Shown piece after piece: positions 9,468 to 19,866 of a stretch of 64,000 nt of DNA (position 1 is its first letter; the number at the start of each line of letters is the position of its first letter). The translations under genes were made by a program, and so were the position numbers. The DNA is taken from contig JAMLHE010000005.1 in NCBI GenBank assembly GCA_023957315.1, positions 169,132 through 233,131 on the forward strand, written 5' to 3'. The DNA comes from Candidatus Kapaibacterium sp. GTDB taxonomy: Bacteria; Bacteroidota; Ignavibacteria; Kapaibacteriales; UBA2268. A model generated the notes under the pieces. That model saw nothing but the letters and a program-made list of their open reading frames with translations, was not told the origin of the DNA and made no database searches.

Positions 9468-11159
9468 ATGATTATGAAAAAATTATTAATAATAACTTTG
9501 ATGTTGACGGCATTCGGTATGAGCCGTATAAACGCTGAAGAAGCGGTTTTCCGAGCGATGCAGACTGAGATAAAGCGAAGCATAAATGAACTCAAAAAGC
9601 AGGAATTTCCGCCCTATTTCATCTCCTATAACATCACAGATGTCGAAGTAACGGCGATTGTAGCTAGTTTTGGTAAAATTTTGAGTTCCGGCGAAAACAA
9701 ATCTCGAGTTTTGGATATTGATTTGCGGGTTGGAGATTATGATTTCGATAATACTCACATTATTCGCGGTAACCCGTTCAACTTCGGAAGTTCCGGCGGT
9801 GCAATAACTTTGCCCTTAGAAACCGATGAAGAAGCGATAAGAAATATGATTTGGTTTGCTACCGACAGGCGTTTCAAGAATGCAATTGAAAGATATGAAA
9901 AAGCGATAACAAACAAAGCGGTCAAAGTGGCTGAGGAAGATTCATCTGCTGATTTTTCGCGAGAAAAACCCGTTTTATATACGGGTAAAAGGCTCGGATT
10001 TACTGTAGATACAGTAAAATGGAGCAATGCAGCACGTGAATTATCGGGTATGTTCAACGCACACCCGCTAATTTTTGGGGCATCAGTTCGTTTCAATACC
10101 GAAATTAAGCATAAATACTACGTCAACACCGAAGGTAGCAAAATGAATTGGTCTGAAACAAGTGCAAGAATCTTTGTGAATGCATACACCAAAGCCGATG
10201 ACGGGATGACTTTGCCTTTGTATCGGAGCTATTTTGCTTTTACTCCCGATGAATTACCAAGCAAAGAGCAAATCGCAAAAGATATTGATGATATGATTGT
10301 GTTATTGAATGAATTGCGAAATGCACCAATGGCAGAAACTTTCACGGGTCCGGCAATTTTGTCTGGTGAAGCAGCAGGTGTGTTTTTTCACGAGATTTTC
10401 GGTCATAGAGTTGAAGGGCACAGAGAAAAAGACCCGAATTCGAGCCAAACTTTCAAAAAATCAATCGGGCGAAAAATTCTACCCGAATTTATAGATGTTG
10501 TGTTCGACCCAACAAAAAGTGAATTGAATGGCACTCCTCTTTCCGGATATTATAAATATGATGACGAAGGCGTAACTGCAAATAAAGTAGTCACAGTCAA
10601 AGATGGCGTTTTCAGCAACTTCCTAATGTCACGCTCACCTATCGAAGGGTTTTCGTACTCTAACGGACATGGCAGAAGACAACAAGGATTTCAAGTTGTA
10701 TCGCGCCAATCAAATATGATTGTAACTTCAACGCAAACTGTTAGTAATGATGATTTGCGGAAAAATCTTCGCGAAGAAATCAAAAAGCAAAATAAAGATT
10801 ACGGGCTATTATTCGTAGAAGTTTCCGGAGGTTTTACATTCACATCGCGTACAATTCCGAATGCTTTCAATGTTACACCATTGGTTGTATATAAAGTATA
10901 TGCAGACGGCAGACCGGACGAGCTTGTACGTGGAGTTGACTTGATTGGTACTCCGCTTACAACTTTTTCTAATATAATTGCAACCGGTGATGACATGGGC
11001 ATTTTCAATGGTATTTGCGGAGCCGAATCCGGCGGAGTTCCGGTTTCAGCATGCTCGCCAAGTTTGCTCGTAAGCACAATTGAAGTGCAAAAGAAGTCAA
11101 AATCTCAAGCAAAACCGCCAATTCTGGATTCACCAGTTCTGACGAACAAAGCCAATTAA
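9468..11159 (+). CDS. Secreted TldD-like metallopeptidase (peptidase U62)
   Basis: HEIFGHRVEGH matches the TldD HExxxH zinc motif. Signal peptide MIMKKLLIITLMLTAFGMSRINA. Confidence 0.7.
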   Translation: MIMKKLLIITLMLTAFGMSRINAEEAVFRAMQTEIKRSINELKKQEFPPYFISYNITDVEVTAIVASFGKILSSGENKSRVLDIDLRVGDYDFDNTHIIRGNPFNFGSSGGAITLPLETDEEAIRNMIWFATDRRFKNAIERYEKAITNKAVKVAEEDSSADFSREKPVLYTGKRLGFTVDTVKWSNAARELSGMFNAHPLIFGASVRFNTEIKHKYYVNTEGSKMNWSETSARIFVNAYTKADDGMTLPLYRSYFAFTPDELPSKEQIAKDIDDMIVLLNELRNAPMAETFTGPAILSGEAAGVFFHEIFGHRVEGHREKDPNSSQTFKKSIGRKILPEFIDVVFDPTKSELNGTPLSGYYKYDDEGVTANKVVTVKDGVFSNFLMSRSPIEGFSYSNGHGRRQQGFQVVSRQSNMIVTSTQTVSNDDLRKNLREEIKKQNKDYGLLFVEVSGGFTFTSRTIPNAFNVTPLVVYKVYADGRPDELVRGVDLIGTPLTTFSNIIATGDDMGIFNGICGAESGGVPVSACSPSLLVSTIEVQKKSKSQAKPPILDSPVLTNKAN

Positions 11160-11198
11160 TCAGTTTAAATTGTAAACAAATAAAAAATAACGGAAAAT

Positions 11199-12971
11199 TT
11201 GATGAATAAAATATTTTTGATAATTGTTATATTCTTGATTAATACCACATTCAGCCTATCCTTAATCAACGATACCAAAAATGACGATGAAATAATGAAC
11301 GCACTTAGGGACGAAATTTCACGTTCGCTTAAGAAACTGAAATTGGAATCAATCAGAGCGCCCTATTACATAGAATATTCGCTTAGACTTCGCAAAGTTT
11401 ATAATGTAAAATCGGATTATGGTCTGTTGACAGAATCGAACAACATGAGTTACGCTCTACTCAATGTAGGAGTGCGAGTTGGCGATTACAAGTTCGATAA
11501 TACAAACTTTTTCGATGTTGGACTGAGTTTTTTCGGCAGTAGCGATGATGAGGAAAATTTCAGAAATCGTCAAATCCCGATTGAGCTTGATTATTCGACA
11601 TTGAGACGTGAGCTATGGCTTGCTACAGATGCTGCTTACAAACAAGCTGCGGAATTATACTCTAAAAAAGAAGCGATACTCAAGAGCTTGATGAGACGCG
11701 ATACAATTCCCGACTTCTTGGAAACAGCACCCACGAAAAATAAAATCATCAAAAACACTCCGCCATTTGAAACCAAAAAATTTGAAGATTTGGCGAAAAA
11801 ATTATCGCACTCATTCAGAAATTATCCAGATATAATAAATTCAACAGTCGGAATCGAATATTTGCCGGAAAAAGTTTATTACGTAAACAGTGAAGGAACG
11901 GAATATATCACGACTGATTATTACACAGGATTGGAAGTAGTTGCATTCACACAGGCAAATGACGGAATGCCACTTACGAATTTTTATACGGCATTAGGCA
12001 AAACCCCGAACGACTTGCCATCAGCAGATTCGCTCATGAAAGCAGTGAAATCTGTTGCCGATGTTTTGAACAAAATGTCAAAATCTGTACCCTTGGATGA
12101 ACCTTATGCCGGACCCGTCGTTTTCTCGGATGCAGCGGCTGGAGAATTGATTGGGCAAGCTTTCGCACCAAACTTCGTAACTCAACGCGCTCCACTTGCA
12201 GAAGGCGGTACTGCGTTTAATGACCGTTTCGGGGCATTCCAAAATAAAATCGGGGGACGCGTTCTGCCAGAATTCCTGAGTGTAACCGCCGACCCAAACA
12301 GCGAAAGAATGTACGACACAAGATTACTCGGTAGCTTCGAACTTGACGGCGATGGATTGAAACCAAGCAAAGTCAGTTTAGTTGAAAATGGTTATCTAAA
12401 GAATTTGCTATCGGAACGTATCCCCACTCGCCGGGTTAAGCAATCCAATGCACATAAAAGGGGTGGCTCGGCAATGCTATCGAACATTATTTTCACAAGT
12501 GATAAAGAGCATTCCGTTAGCAGTGATTCATTAATCAACCGAATGATGGAACTTTGCAAAGCACGAGAATTGCCTTACGGGATTGTGGTCACAAAGCTTT
12601 TGAATCAAAATATATTATTTACGACATTATTCAGGATTGCATACGGTGCTTACCAACCTGCAACGGGCAACAACGTAATTACAATTGTGGAAGCATATAA
12701 GGTATTTCCCGACGGCAAACGAGAAATAATTCGCGGTGGCGAATTGTCGGGCGTAAATGTGCAATCTTTCAAGGACGTACTTTTGATGGGCAACAGTAAC
12801 TACGTTCATAATTTTCTTTCACCTTCGGTAATATCGCCATTCATAACCGGTGGCGACCAATACTTAGGTGTATCAATAGTTTCGGGCGATTTATTGTTCG
12901 AAGATGTTGAAATCAGAAATAGCGAACGTGATTATAAAAAACCACCAATTTTAGACAGTCCTTTAAAGTAA
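11199..12971 (+). CDS. Secreted TldE/PmbA-like protein (U62 family, non-catalytic partner)
   Basis: Paralogous to the upstream ORF: similar N-terminal region (PYYIEYSLRL vs PYFISYNITDV) and shared C-terminal tail KPPILDSP. Lacks HExxxH, as expected for PmbA/TldE. Signal peptide present. Confidence 0.6.
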   Translation: MMNKIFLIIVIFLINTTFSLSLINDTKNDDEIMNALRDEISRSLKKLKLESIRAPYYIEYSLRLRKVYNVKSDYGLLTESNNMSYALLNVGVRVGDYKFDNTNFFDVGLSFFGSSDDEENFRNRQIPIELDYSTLRRELWLATDAAYKQAAELYSKKEAILKSLMRRDTIPDFLETAPTKNKIIKNTPPFETKKFEDLAKKLSHSFRNYPDIINSTVGIEYLPEKVYYVNSEGTEYITTDYYTGLEVVAFTQANDGMPLTNFYTALGKTPNDLPSADSLMKAVKSVADVLNKMSKSVPLDEPYAGPVVFSDAAAGELIGQAFAPNFVTQRAPLAEGGTAFNDRFGAFQNKIGGRVLPEFLSVTADPNSERMYDTRLLGSFELDGDGLKPSKVSLVENGYLKNLLSERIPTRRVKQSNAHKRGGSAMLSNIIFTSDKEHSVSSDSLINRMMELCKARELPYGIVVTKLLNQNILFTTLFRIAYGAYQPATGNNVITIVEAYKVFPDGKREIIRGGELSGVNVQSFKDVLLMGNSNYVHNFLSPSVISPFITGGDQYLGVSIVSGDLLFEDVEIRNSERDYKKPPILDSPLK

Positions 12972-13024
12972 TCGTTAAAATGACTATTTTTGATGTTATG
13001 AAAAATTAATTTATCTGAGAGGAT

Positions 13025-14182
13025 ATGTCAACTGAATTGAATCAAAAAAATGAGGAGTTCTCTTCGATACTCTTCTTAGCATTTTTATTAAAGCACAAGT
13101 GGTTTATATTAATATTCACCTTGGTAGTAACCGGAATATCAATTTGGGTAGCTCTTTTGATACCAAATCAATACAAGTCAACAGTAAACTTGGTACCTCC
13201 TCAATCGAATGATGGTATGATGGGCGGCTCGATGGGTGCAATTTCTTCGACACTCAAAGATTTCGGGTTGACCAAATTGGGCGGTCAAGCCGGCGAAGGT
13301 TACTCATTCATAGTAATACTTCACAGCCGGACTGTAGTTGATTCCATTATCAAAGAGTTTGATTTGCCAAGAGTGTATGATATTCCTGATACTATGATGT
13401 CAAAAATCCGAATGAAATTCAATGAGAATTTGGACATTACTTACGAAAAGGAAGGGAATTATTACATCAGTATTATTGATGAAAGCCCTCAAAGAGCAGC
13501 CGATATAGCTAACCGATTTGGTGAAGTTGCAAATGATTTGGCTACAAAGCTATTCAACGAAGAAGCCGCTTTCAATTTGCATTTCATGAATAAGCAGATT
13601 CATGCTACCGATTCGGTAATCTCATTTATTGCCGATACATTGGAAAAATTCTCCCGTCGTACTTTGATTTTCTCCCCAACCGACCAAGCGTCAGCCATGA
13701 GCAAGGCTTTATCGGATTTGAAAGCTGAAGAAATAAAGAATGACATCGCATACGAATATTACAAATCATACTTGGGCGAAGATGATTATATGACAAAATC
13801 AATTCTGACGCTCAAGGAGCAAACTCGGAAAAAAATCGCTGAAGTAACAACTAAGCCCGGATTTGCAGGTAATTTTTCACTCGAAGACGCCGCTGAAGAA
13901 GGTATAGAATACTTGAGATTATTCACTGAATTCGAAACATATTCGAAAGTAAAAGCGTTTATCTTGCCAATGGTCGAAAAAACTAAATTAGACGAGATTA
14001 AAAAAGTGAAGAATTTGTTCGTATTAGATGCTGCAGTCCCGGCTGAACGCAAGGAAAAGCCAAAGCGAATGTTTATAGTAGCAGGTGCATTTATTGGAGC
14101 TTTTATATTTTCGATATTCATACTCGTGCTACTTCGTGGTTTCCAAAATGTCAGAACACAATTACGTTCTATCGGCAGCTAA
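13025..14182 (+). CDS. Polysaccharide chain-length determinant (Wzz/PCP family)
   Basis: N-terminal TM followed by the Wzz-type motif (QYKSTVNLVPP). Long coiled-coil periplasmic region. Pro/Gly-flanked C-terminal TM (KPKRMFIVAGAFIGAFIFSIFILVLL). Confidence 0.7.
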   Translation: MSTELNQKNEEFSSILFLAFLLKHKWFILIFTLVVTGISIWVALLIPNQYKSTVNLVPPQSNDGMMGGSMGAISSTLKDFGLTKLGGQAGEGYSFIVILHSRTVVDSIIKEFDLPRVYDIPDTMMSKIRMKFNENLDITYEKEGNYYISIIDESPQRAADIANRFGEVANDLATKLFNEEAAFNLHFMNKQIHATDSVISFIADTLEKFSRRTLIFSPTDQASAMSKALSDLKAEEIKNDIAYEYYKSYLGEDDYMTKSILTLKEQTRKKIAEVTTKPGFAGNFSLEDAAEEGIEYLRLFTEFETYSKVKAFILPMVEKTKLDEIKKVKNLFVLDAAVPAERKEKPKRMFIVAGAFIGAFIFSIFILVLLRGFQNVRTQLRSIGS

Positions 14183-14185
14183 GAA

Positions 14186-15619
14186 ATGCAAATGCTTGAT
14201 GCTCATAAAAAGCAGTTTTTGTTCTCAGATAAATTGCTGATTGTCGGACTTATCCTTTCGAGTATTTTTTTCGCAGCGATAATATTAGCTTCGGTTTATT
14301 TTGATGTCATGCTTTATGTTTTGCCGGTTATTGCAATTGCCCCACTATTCTACTTTGTCACAGTAAAGCCGAAAATTTGGCTTTATACGCTTTTGGCACT
14401 TACGGGTATTTTCTTCCAAACAACCGGTGGCGGAATTTCGGCTATAGATGTTGTGATGGCAATATATTTCTTAGGCAGTATTCTTGCATGGTTCTTTCAT
14501 CGAATGTTTGTTATCAGAAAAAAAGTGGCTGAAAATATTGGTGATTGGTTAGTTCTCGCATTTTTCATCTTAATACCCCTGAATTTGATAATTGTCATAA
14601 TGAATGACGCAGACCCTGAGCTCTGGCTGCGTGAAACACTAATGATGGCAATTGTATTAATGTACTTCCCTATCCGAGATATTGTTCGTACCGAAGCTGA
14701 CATCAAGAAGGTCTTACTCGTTTTTGCGATTGTAATTGCCGGAGTTGGCACATATCAACTTTACGATTACTACATTAGGGTCACCGCCAAGATGGTTTAT
14801 GCTTATGAATTGATTCATTCGATGAGTACCAATCAAACTCTTTACACAGCAGCCTCATTGGTTGGTCTGATATTTTTGATTACAACTGAGAGCGTAAAAG
14901 TCAGGATTTTTTCAATAATTTTTACAGCAATGTCCGTTGCATTTTTATTTAGTACCTTTTCACGGACATTTTGGGTGATACTTGTTTTGTCGGTTTTTCT
15001 GATTTTTTTGATTGTACCATTTCAGAAAAAGATACGCATGGCTTTATCAATCGGATTCTTAGTCATTTTTATTGGCTCTTCGGCATTTTTGTTGATGAGA
15101 GATAATGTTACACTGCTTTATGAGGCATCGAAGAACAGATTACTTTCTTCAACAAAAGTTAGAGATGATATTTCATTAAGGTCAAGATTGATAGAATGGG
15201 AGCAGGTGTTGAATTTGATTTACGAAAACCCTCTCGGTGGAAACGGACTTGGAAAACATTTTCATTATTACGAACCGATTAGAATGCAGACCAAACATAC
15301 TTCTATCATTCATAACGGTTATTTGTTTCTGCCTTTTAGACTTGGTATTCCTTTATCGCTATTTTATTTTTCGTTTTTAACCTTCTATGTGTTCAAAACT
15401 ATTAATTTGTTGCCCAAAGCAAGAAGTGAATTTGAAAAGTCGCTTATTTACTCGATAATCGGGGTTTTCATGTCCTTATTTATATCAAATTACACAAGTT
15501 CGCAATTCTTTTATCGAGATGGAATATTTGTAACTGCAATGATAATTGCATTTATTTGTATTTTGGAAAGAATCATAAATCAAAAGAGTTTATCGGAATC
15601 AACGGCAGATGCAAATTAA
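14186..15619 (+). CDS. O-antigen ligase/polymerase family (Wzy_C) polytopic membrane protein
   Basis: About 10-12 predicted TM helices. Wzy_C-type motif HNGYLFLPFRLGIPL in a large periplasmic loop. Overlaps the mrdA start by 11 nt. Confidence 0.65.
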   Translation: MQMLDAHKKQFLFSDKLLIVGLILSSIFFAAIILASVYFDVMLYVLPVIAIAPLFYFVTVKPKIWLYTLLALTGIFFQTTGGGISAIDVVMAIYFLGSILAWFFHRMFVIRKKVAENIGDWLVLAFFILIPLNLIIVIMNDADPELWLRETLMMAIVLMYFPIRDIVRTEADIKKVLLVFAIVIAGVGTYQLYDYYIRVTAKMVYAYELIHSMSTNQTLYTAASLVGLIFLITTESVKVRIFSIIFTAMSVAFLFSTFSRTFWVILVLSVFLIFLIVPFQKKIRMALSIGFLVIFIGSSAFLLMRDNVTLLYEASKNRLLSSTKVRDDISLRSRLIEWEQVLNLIYENPLGGNGLGKHFHYYEPIRMQTKHTSIIHNGYLFLPFRLGIPLSLFYFSFLTFYVFKTINLLPKARSEFEKSLIYSIIGVFMSLFISNYTSSQFFYRDGIFVTAMIIAFICILERIINQKSLSESTADAN

Positions 15620-17498
15620 TCTCAGATATGCAGACAATACTTTTGAAAATAAGGGCAGAAAGCTGTTTCTAAAGGTTTTCATTATAGCAATTTTCTTGGT
15701 TTTCACCGGAAGATTGGCTCAATTACAGATAATCGAAGGCAAAAAATATCGTTCAGACAGTGAAGCACAAGCCATCAAAACTGTTAGAATAGAGCCATTT
15801 CGGGGTAATGTTTTTGACAGAAATGGCGAAATGTTGGTGCATAACGAGCCTTCATTTTCGGTGACTCTTACTCCAAATGATTTCAAACAGTCCTCTATCC
15901 CACTTTTGTGTTCGATATTGGAAGTTGATTCTGCCGAAATATCAAAATTGTATGAGGCAAACAAAGGTACATCGAAATTCATACCAATAAAAATCCACAG
16001 AGATGCTGATTTCAGGACAGTTTCGCTTATTGAAGAATATAGTGACCATTTGCCCGGAATCGAAATAATGATAGATTCGAAGCGGCTTTATGAATTTGAA
16101 GGTCATATGGCACATTTGCTTGGTTATACACGAGAAATTTCTAAAAGGCAACTTGCAAATAGTCCATTTTTATATCAAGGAGACCAAATTGGTCAATCCG
16201 GAATCGAAAGAACTTTTGACAGTGATTTGCGAGGTAGAGAGGGCATTCAGTTTGTAACAGTAAACAAATTTGGGCAACGAGTTGCAAGTTTTGATAACGG
16301 TAGAAGCGATATCCCTTCTAAAAACGGTTTCGATGTTCATCTTGGCATTGACAAACGATTGCAGGAACATGCCGAATTACTCCTTAAAGACAGGCGCGGC
16401 TCGGTTGTAGCAATCAATCCGCAAGACGGCTCGGTATTGGCATTAGTCAGCAAACCTGATTATGACCCACGTGATTTCAGCGGCAAAATTTCTTCGAGTT
16501 TGTATAATGGACTTATGAATGACCCTGCATCACCAATGTTGAACAGAGCAATTCAATCGCAATATCCGCCGGGTTCGACATGGAAAATGCTTATAGCGAT
16601 TGCTGCACTGCAGGAAGGGATAATTAACGAAAACACCACGATTTATTGCGGTGGTGGTTTGCAATACGGAGGCAGATTCTGGAAATGCCATGGTGCACAC
16701 GGAAATATAAGTGCCAGACGTGCAATTCAGACTTCATGCAACACTTATTTCTATACTTTGGGAATGAGATTAGGTATTGATTTGTTCGAAAAATACACAG
16801 ATATGTTCAGTTTCGGGCATAAAACCGGAATAGATTTGCCTCACGAAAATCCCGGACTTATCCCAACTCGAGAGTGGTTAGAAAAAAGATTAGGGAAGAT
16901 TAATTTCTCAGGTAGAATGGTAAATTATGGTATCGGGCAGGGCGAAATCTCCACAACGCCTTTGCAAATGGCGGCTTACACTGCAGCAATTGCAAATGGT
17001 GGCACTTACTACCGTCCCCGCGTTGTGACCCATATTCGGAATAATTTATCCAACAAAATGGAACCACTCGAACAATACGCAAGAAAACTTGAAATTGACA
17101 GTAAGATAATGGATTTAATCAAAAACGGTATGTCCGATGTGGTCAATCTTTCAGGCGGTACAGCAGCAATCGCTCGTATGCCCGATGTAGAGGTTTGCGG
17201 AAAAACGGGAACTGCACAAAACCCACATGGCAAAGACCATGCTTGGTTTGTTTGTTTCGCACCCAAAGAAAACCCAACAATTGCAATGTGTGTATTTATC
17301 GAAAATGCCGGATTTGGTGGAGCAGTTGCTGCGCCGATTGCAGCACAATTACTGAAGGCATTCTTCAATCCCGAATTATACGAAACTCCCGAACAACATA
17401 AATTGATGGCAATTACTGAAAATCCTGAAATTATTAATGATATGATTGAAGAAGTGATATTGGAAGAAATCTTAGATGTGATTGAAGAATCAGATTAA
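15609..17498 (+). CDS. mrdA: Penicillin-binding protein 2 (peptidoglycan D,D-transpeptidase)
   Basis: N-terminal TM. Dimerization region RGNVFDRNGEMLVHN. Transpeptidase motifs STWK (SxxK), SCN (SxN) and KTGTA. Confidence 0.85.
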   Translation: MQINLRYADNTFENKGRKLFLKVFIIAIFLVFTGRLAQLQIIEGKKYRSDSEAQAIKTVRIEPFRGNVFDRNGEMLVHNEPSFSVTLTPNDFKQSSIPLLCSILEVDSAEISKLYEANKGTSKFIPIKIHRDADFRTVSLIEEYSDHLPGIEIMIDSKRLYEFEGHMAHLLGYTREISKRQLANSPFLYQGDQIGQSGIERTFDSDLRGREGIQFVTVNKFGQRVASFDNGRSDIPSKNGFDVHLGIDKRLQEHAELLLKDRRGSVVAINPQDGSVLALVSKPDYDPRDFSGKISSSLYNGLMNDPASPMLNRAIQSQYPPGSTWKMLIAIAALQEGIINENTTIYCGGGLQYGGRFWKCHGAHGNISARRAIQTSCNTYFYTLGMRLGIDLFEKYTDMFSFGHKTGIDLPHENPGLIPTREWLEKRLGKINFSGRMVNYGIGQGEISTTPLQMAAYTAAIANGGTYYRPRVVTHIRNNLSNKMEPLEQYARKLEIDSKIMDLIKNGMSDVVNLSGGTAAIARMPDVEVCGKTGTAQNPHGKDHAWFVCFAPKENPTIAMCVFIENAGFGGAVAAPIAAQLLKAFFNPELYETPEQHKLMAITENPEIINDMIEEVILEEILDVIEESD

Positions 17499-17575
17499 AA
17501 ATTTATTTTAAATATTTTGTTTCCTTTTTACGTTTCATGTGTATGTAAGATAATTCTAAATTTATATATATATTT

Positions 17576-19840
17576 ATGGAGTTTAATATGCATCATTTCA
17601 AGTACCTTATTTCCGCATTAGCACTTGTTGCTTTTTTGTTCGTTTCATGCAGCGACAATTCGTCAAGCCCGGCTTTGACCGAAGATTTCACAGGTTTTGT
17701 GAAAAATTCCGAAGACCAAGCAATTGAAAATGCAAATATCGAAATATTCGGTTTGGAAGACAAATTGATTGCGAGCGATATCACAGATAAAGATGGCAAA
17801 TTCACTCTGACATCAATCCCAATCAAAAAGGAAGGATTGACTTACAGAGTCAGACATGCCGAATATGCCACAATCTCCGGAGACTTTGAAACATTTTACA
17901 ATGCACATAAATCTGAAGCCGGAAAATCTCCCGTTGTTTTCAAACTCCTTCAAGAAGATTCTTGCTGCGGAGATATGACCGTTCAAGTTTTAGATTATGA
18001 ATCCGGCGACCCGCTCGAAAATGTCGAAGTGAAAATTTCAAGAGGAAACGAATGGAGCGAAAAGAAATATACTGATGGCGAAGGCGTGCAAAACTTTGGT
18101 GCATTATGTGCCGGCAAACATTGGCTCAGATTCGCTCTCGAAGGCTACCAAGTAGTTGAAGATTATTTTGAAATCGTTGAGTGCGACACTTTGAATTTGA
18201 CAATTAAAATGAAAATCAAAGATGCTGATGAATGTTGCAACAACATTCTAAATTTCGTTGTCACAGATAAAGATGGAAATGCAATCAGCAATGCCAAAGT
18301 GAACTTATATCGTGATGGCAAGTTAGTAAAAGACGATAAAACTAATGAAGATGGCAAACTTACTTATAGCGAATTATGCAAAGGTAAATATACATTCGCT
18401 ATTTTAAAAGATAGCTACAAAGGAATTGAAGGATATCAAATCTTTGATTGTGAAGAAAATGTTACCGTTAACAAAACTTTAAGCAAGGAAGAAAACTTAG
18501 AATGTTGCGACAATACTTTAAATTTCATAATCAGTGATGAAAATGGCAATGCAATTAAGGACGCAAAAATCATACTTTACCGCAATGGTAAGGCTGTTCA
18601 TGATGGTAAAACAGATGACAATGGCAAAATCACTTTTGCTGAACTTTGCAAAGGAAAATATACCTATGCCATCCAAAAAGACACTTACAAAGGTGTTGAG
18701 GGATATCAAATTTTTGATTGCAAAGAAAACATTACAGTTGAAAAAACTTTGTATAAAGGCAATAATGAAGCATGTTGCGATAACAAATTGACTATTTTTG
18801 TCGGCGATGACGCCAATAATCCTTTAGCTAATGCAACAGTACTGCTTTACCGTGATGGGAAAGTTGCAAAAGAAGGGAAAACCGGCAATGACGGTTATGT
18901 TTATTTCGCTGAACTTTGCAAAGGAAAATATAGTATATTAATCAAGAGCGAAGGTTTCAAACCGTTTGAATTCCATCATACTTTCGGATGCGAAGAAGAT
19001 ATTAAATACAATAAGACTTTGGTTAAAGACCAAGGCGAAGATTGTTGCGGAGTGTTGAAATTGACTGTAATTGATAAAACTACAAACACTCCAATTGCCA
19101 ACGCAGAAGTCAAAATCACACGCGCTGATAATAAATTCTACGACATTAAGAAAAGCGGCAATGACGGTAGTGTCGAATTCACTAAGCTTTGCATGAGCAA
19201 ATACTGGGTTCGCGTAGCTGCTGAAAATTACAAAGTTGTTGAAGATTATGTTTATATCGAAAATTGCGATAAAGCTGTTGAAAAAACTATCAAATTGGAA
19301 TCAAAAAACAACACTGAATGTTGCGACAACACTATCAATTTTATCGTAAAAGATGCCGATGGCAATCCTTTGAGCGGAGTTAAAATCAAGTTGATTAAAG
19401 ACAATACAGTAAAGAAAACTTTGGAAACGCAAAACGGTACCGCTTCTACAGGCAAAATCATGTGCAAAGGAAGCTATAAAGTTGTGATGATGAAAGAAGG
19501 CTATCAAACAATTGAATTTCAAACAAGCGTAAATTGCAACGAAGACATCACAATTGATAAAAAACTCGAAGGTGGAAAATGTTGCGATGCTCAAATCAAA
19601 ATCGCTGTTAAAGATGCCGATTCTGAAGAATCGTTAAACGGTGCTAAGGTCAGACTTTGGAAAGATGGCAAAGTTGAACGCGAAGGTACAGTCGAAAACG
19701 GCTACGTTTGGTTTAAAGAACTCTGCGAAGGCAAATACGGCGTTGACATTATGTACGAAGGATACAATGGAATGGAATTCCAGTATGAAATCAGTTGCAA
19801 AAATGACAATTATTTAGTAAAGAAATTGAGCAAAAAATAA
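17576..19840 (+). CDS. Lipoprotein made of ~7-8 tandem Cys-containing CarboxypepD_reg-like repeats
   Basis: Lipobox LFVSC. About 90-aa repeats with the pattern CCDN-LNF-V-D-DGN-I-AK--LYRDGK...DGK-TF-ELCKGKY...GYQIFDC-EN-TV-KTL, with four conserved Cys per repeat. Confidence 0.7.
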   Translation: MEFNMHHFKYLISALALVAFLFVSCSDNSSSPALTEDFTGFVKNSEDQAIENANIEIFGLEDKLIASDITDKDGKFTLTSIPIKKEGLTYRVRHAEYATISGDFETFYNAHKSEAGKSPVVFKLLQEDSCCGDMTVQVLDYESGDPLENVEVKISRGNEWSEKKYTDGEGVQNFGALCAGKHWLRFALEGYQVVEDYFEIVECDTLNLTIKMKIKDADECCNNILNFVVTDKDGNAISNAKVNLYRDGKLVKDDKTNEDGKLTYSELCKGKYTFAILKDSYKGIEGYQIFDCEENVTVNKTLSKEENLECCDNTLNFIISDENGNAIKDAKIILYRNGKAVHDGKTDDNGKITFAELCKGKYTYAIQKDTYKGVEGYQIFDCKENITVEKTLYKGNNEACCDNKLTIFVGDDANNPLANATVLLYRDGKVAKEGKTGNDGYVYFAELCKGKYSILIKSEGFKPFEFHHTFGCEEDIKYNKTLVKDQGEDCCGVLKLTVIDKTTNTPIANAEVKITRADNKFYDIKKSGNDGSVEFTKLCMSKYWVRVAAENYKVVEDYVYIENCDKAVEKTIKLESKNNTECCDNTINFIVKDADGNPLSGVKIKLIKDNTVKKTLETQNGTASTGKIMCKGSYKVVMMKEGYQTIEFQTSVNCNEDITIDKKLEGGKCCDAQIKIAVKDADSEESLNGAKVRLWKDGKVEREGTVENGYVWFKELCEGKYGVDIMYEGYNGMEFQYEISCKNDNYLVKKLSKK

Positions 19841-19866
19841 TTTTTTTCATTTTCTATAAAACTTTT

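Noticed and set aside
14186-15619. Polytopic membrane protein upstream of mrdA as RodA (SEDS)
   Set aside because: It carries the Wzy_C/O-antigen-ligase motif HNxYL...G in a periplasmic loop rather than SEDS signatures. Its position is nevertheless RodA-like (see findings).
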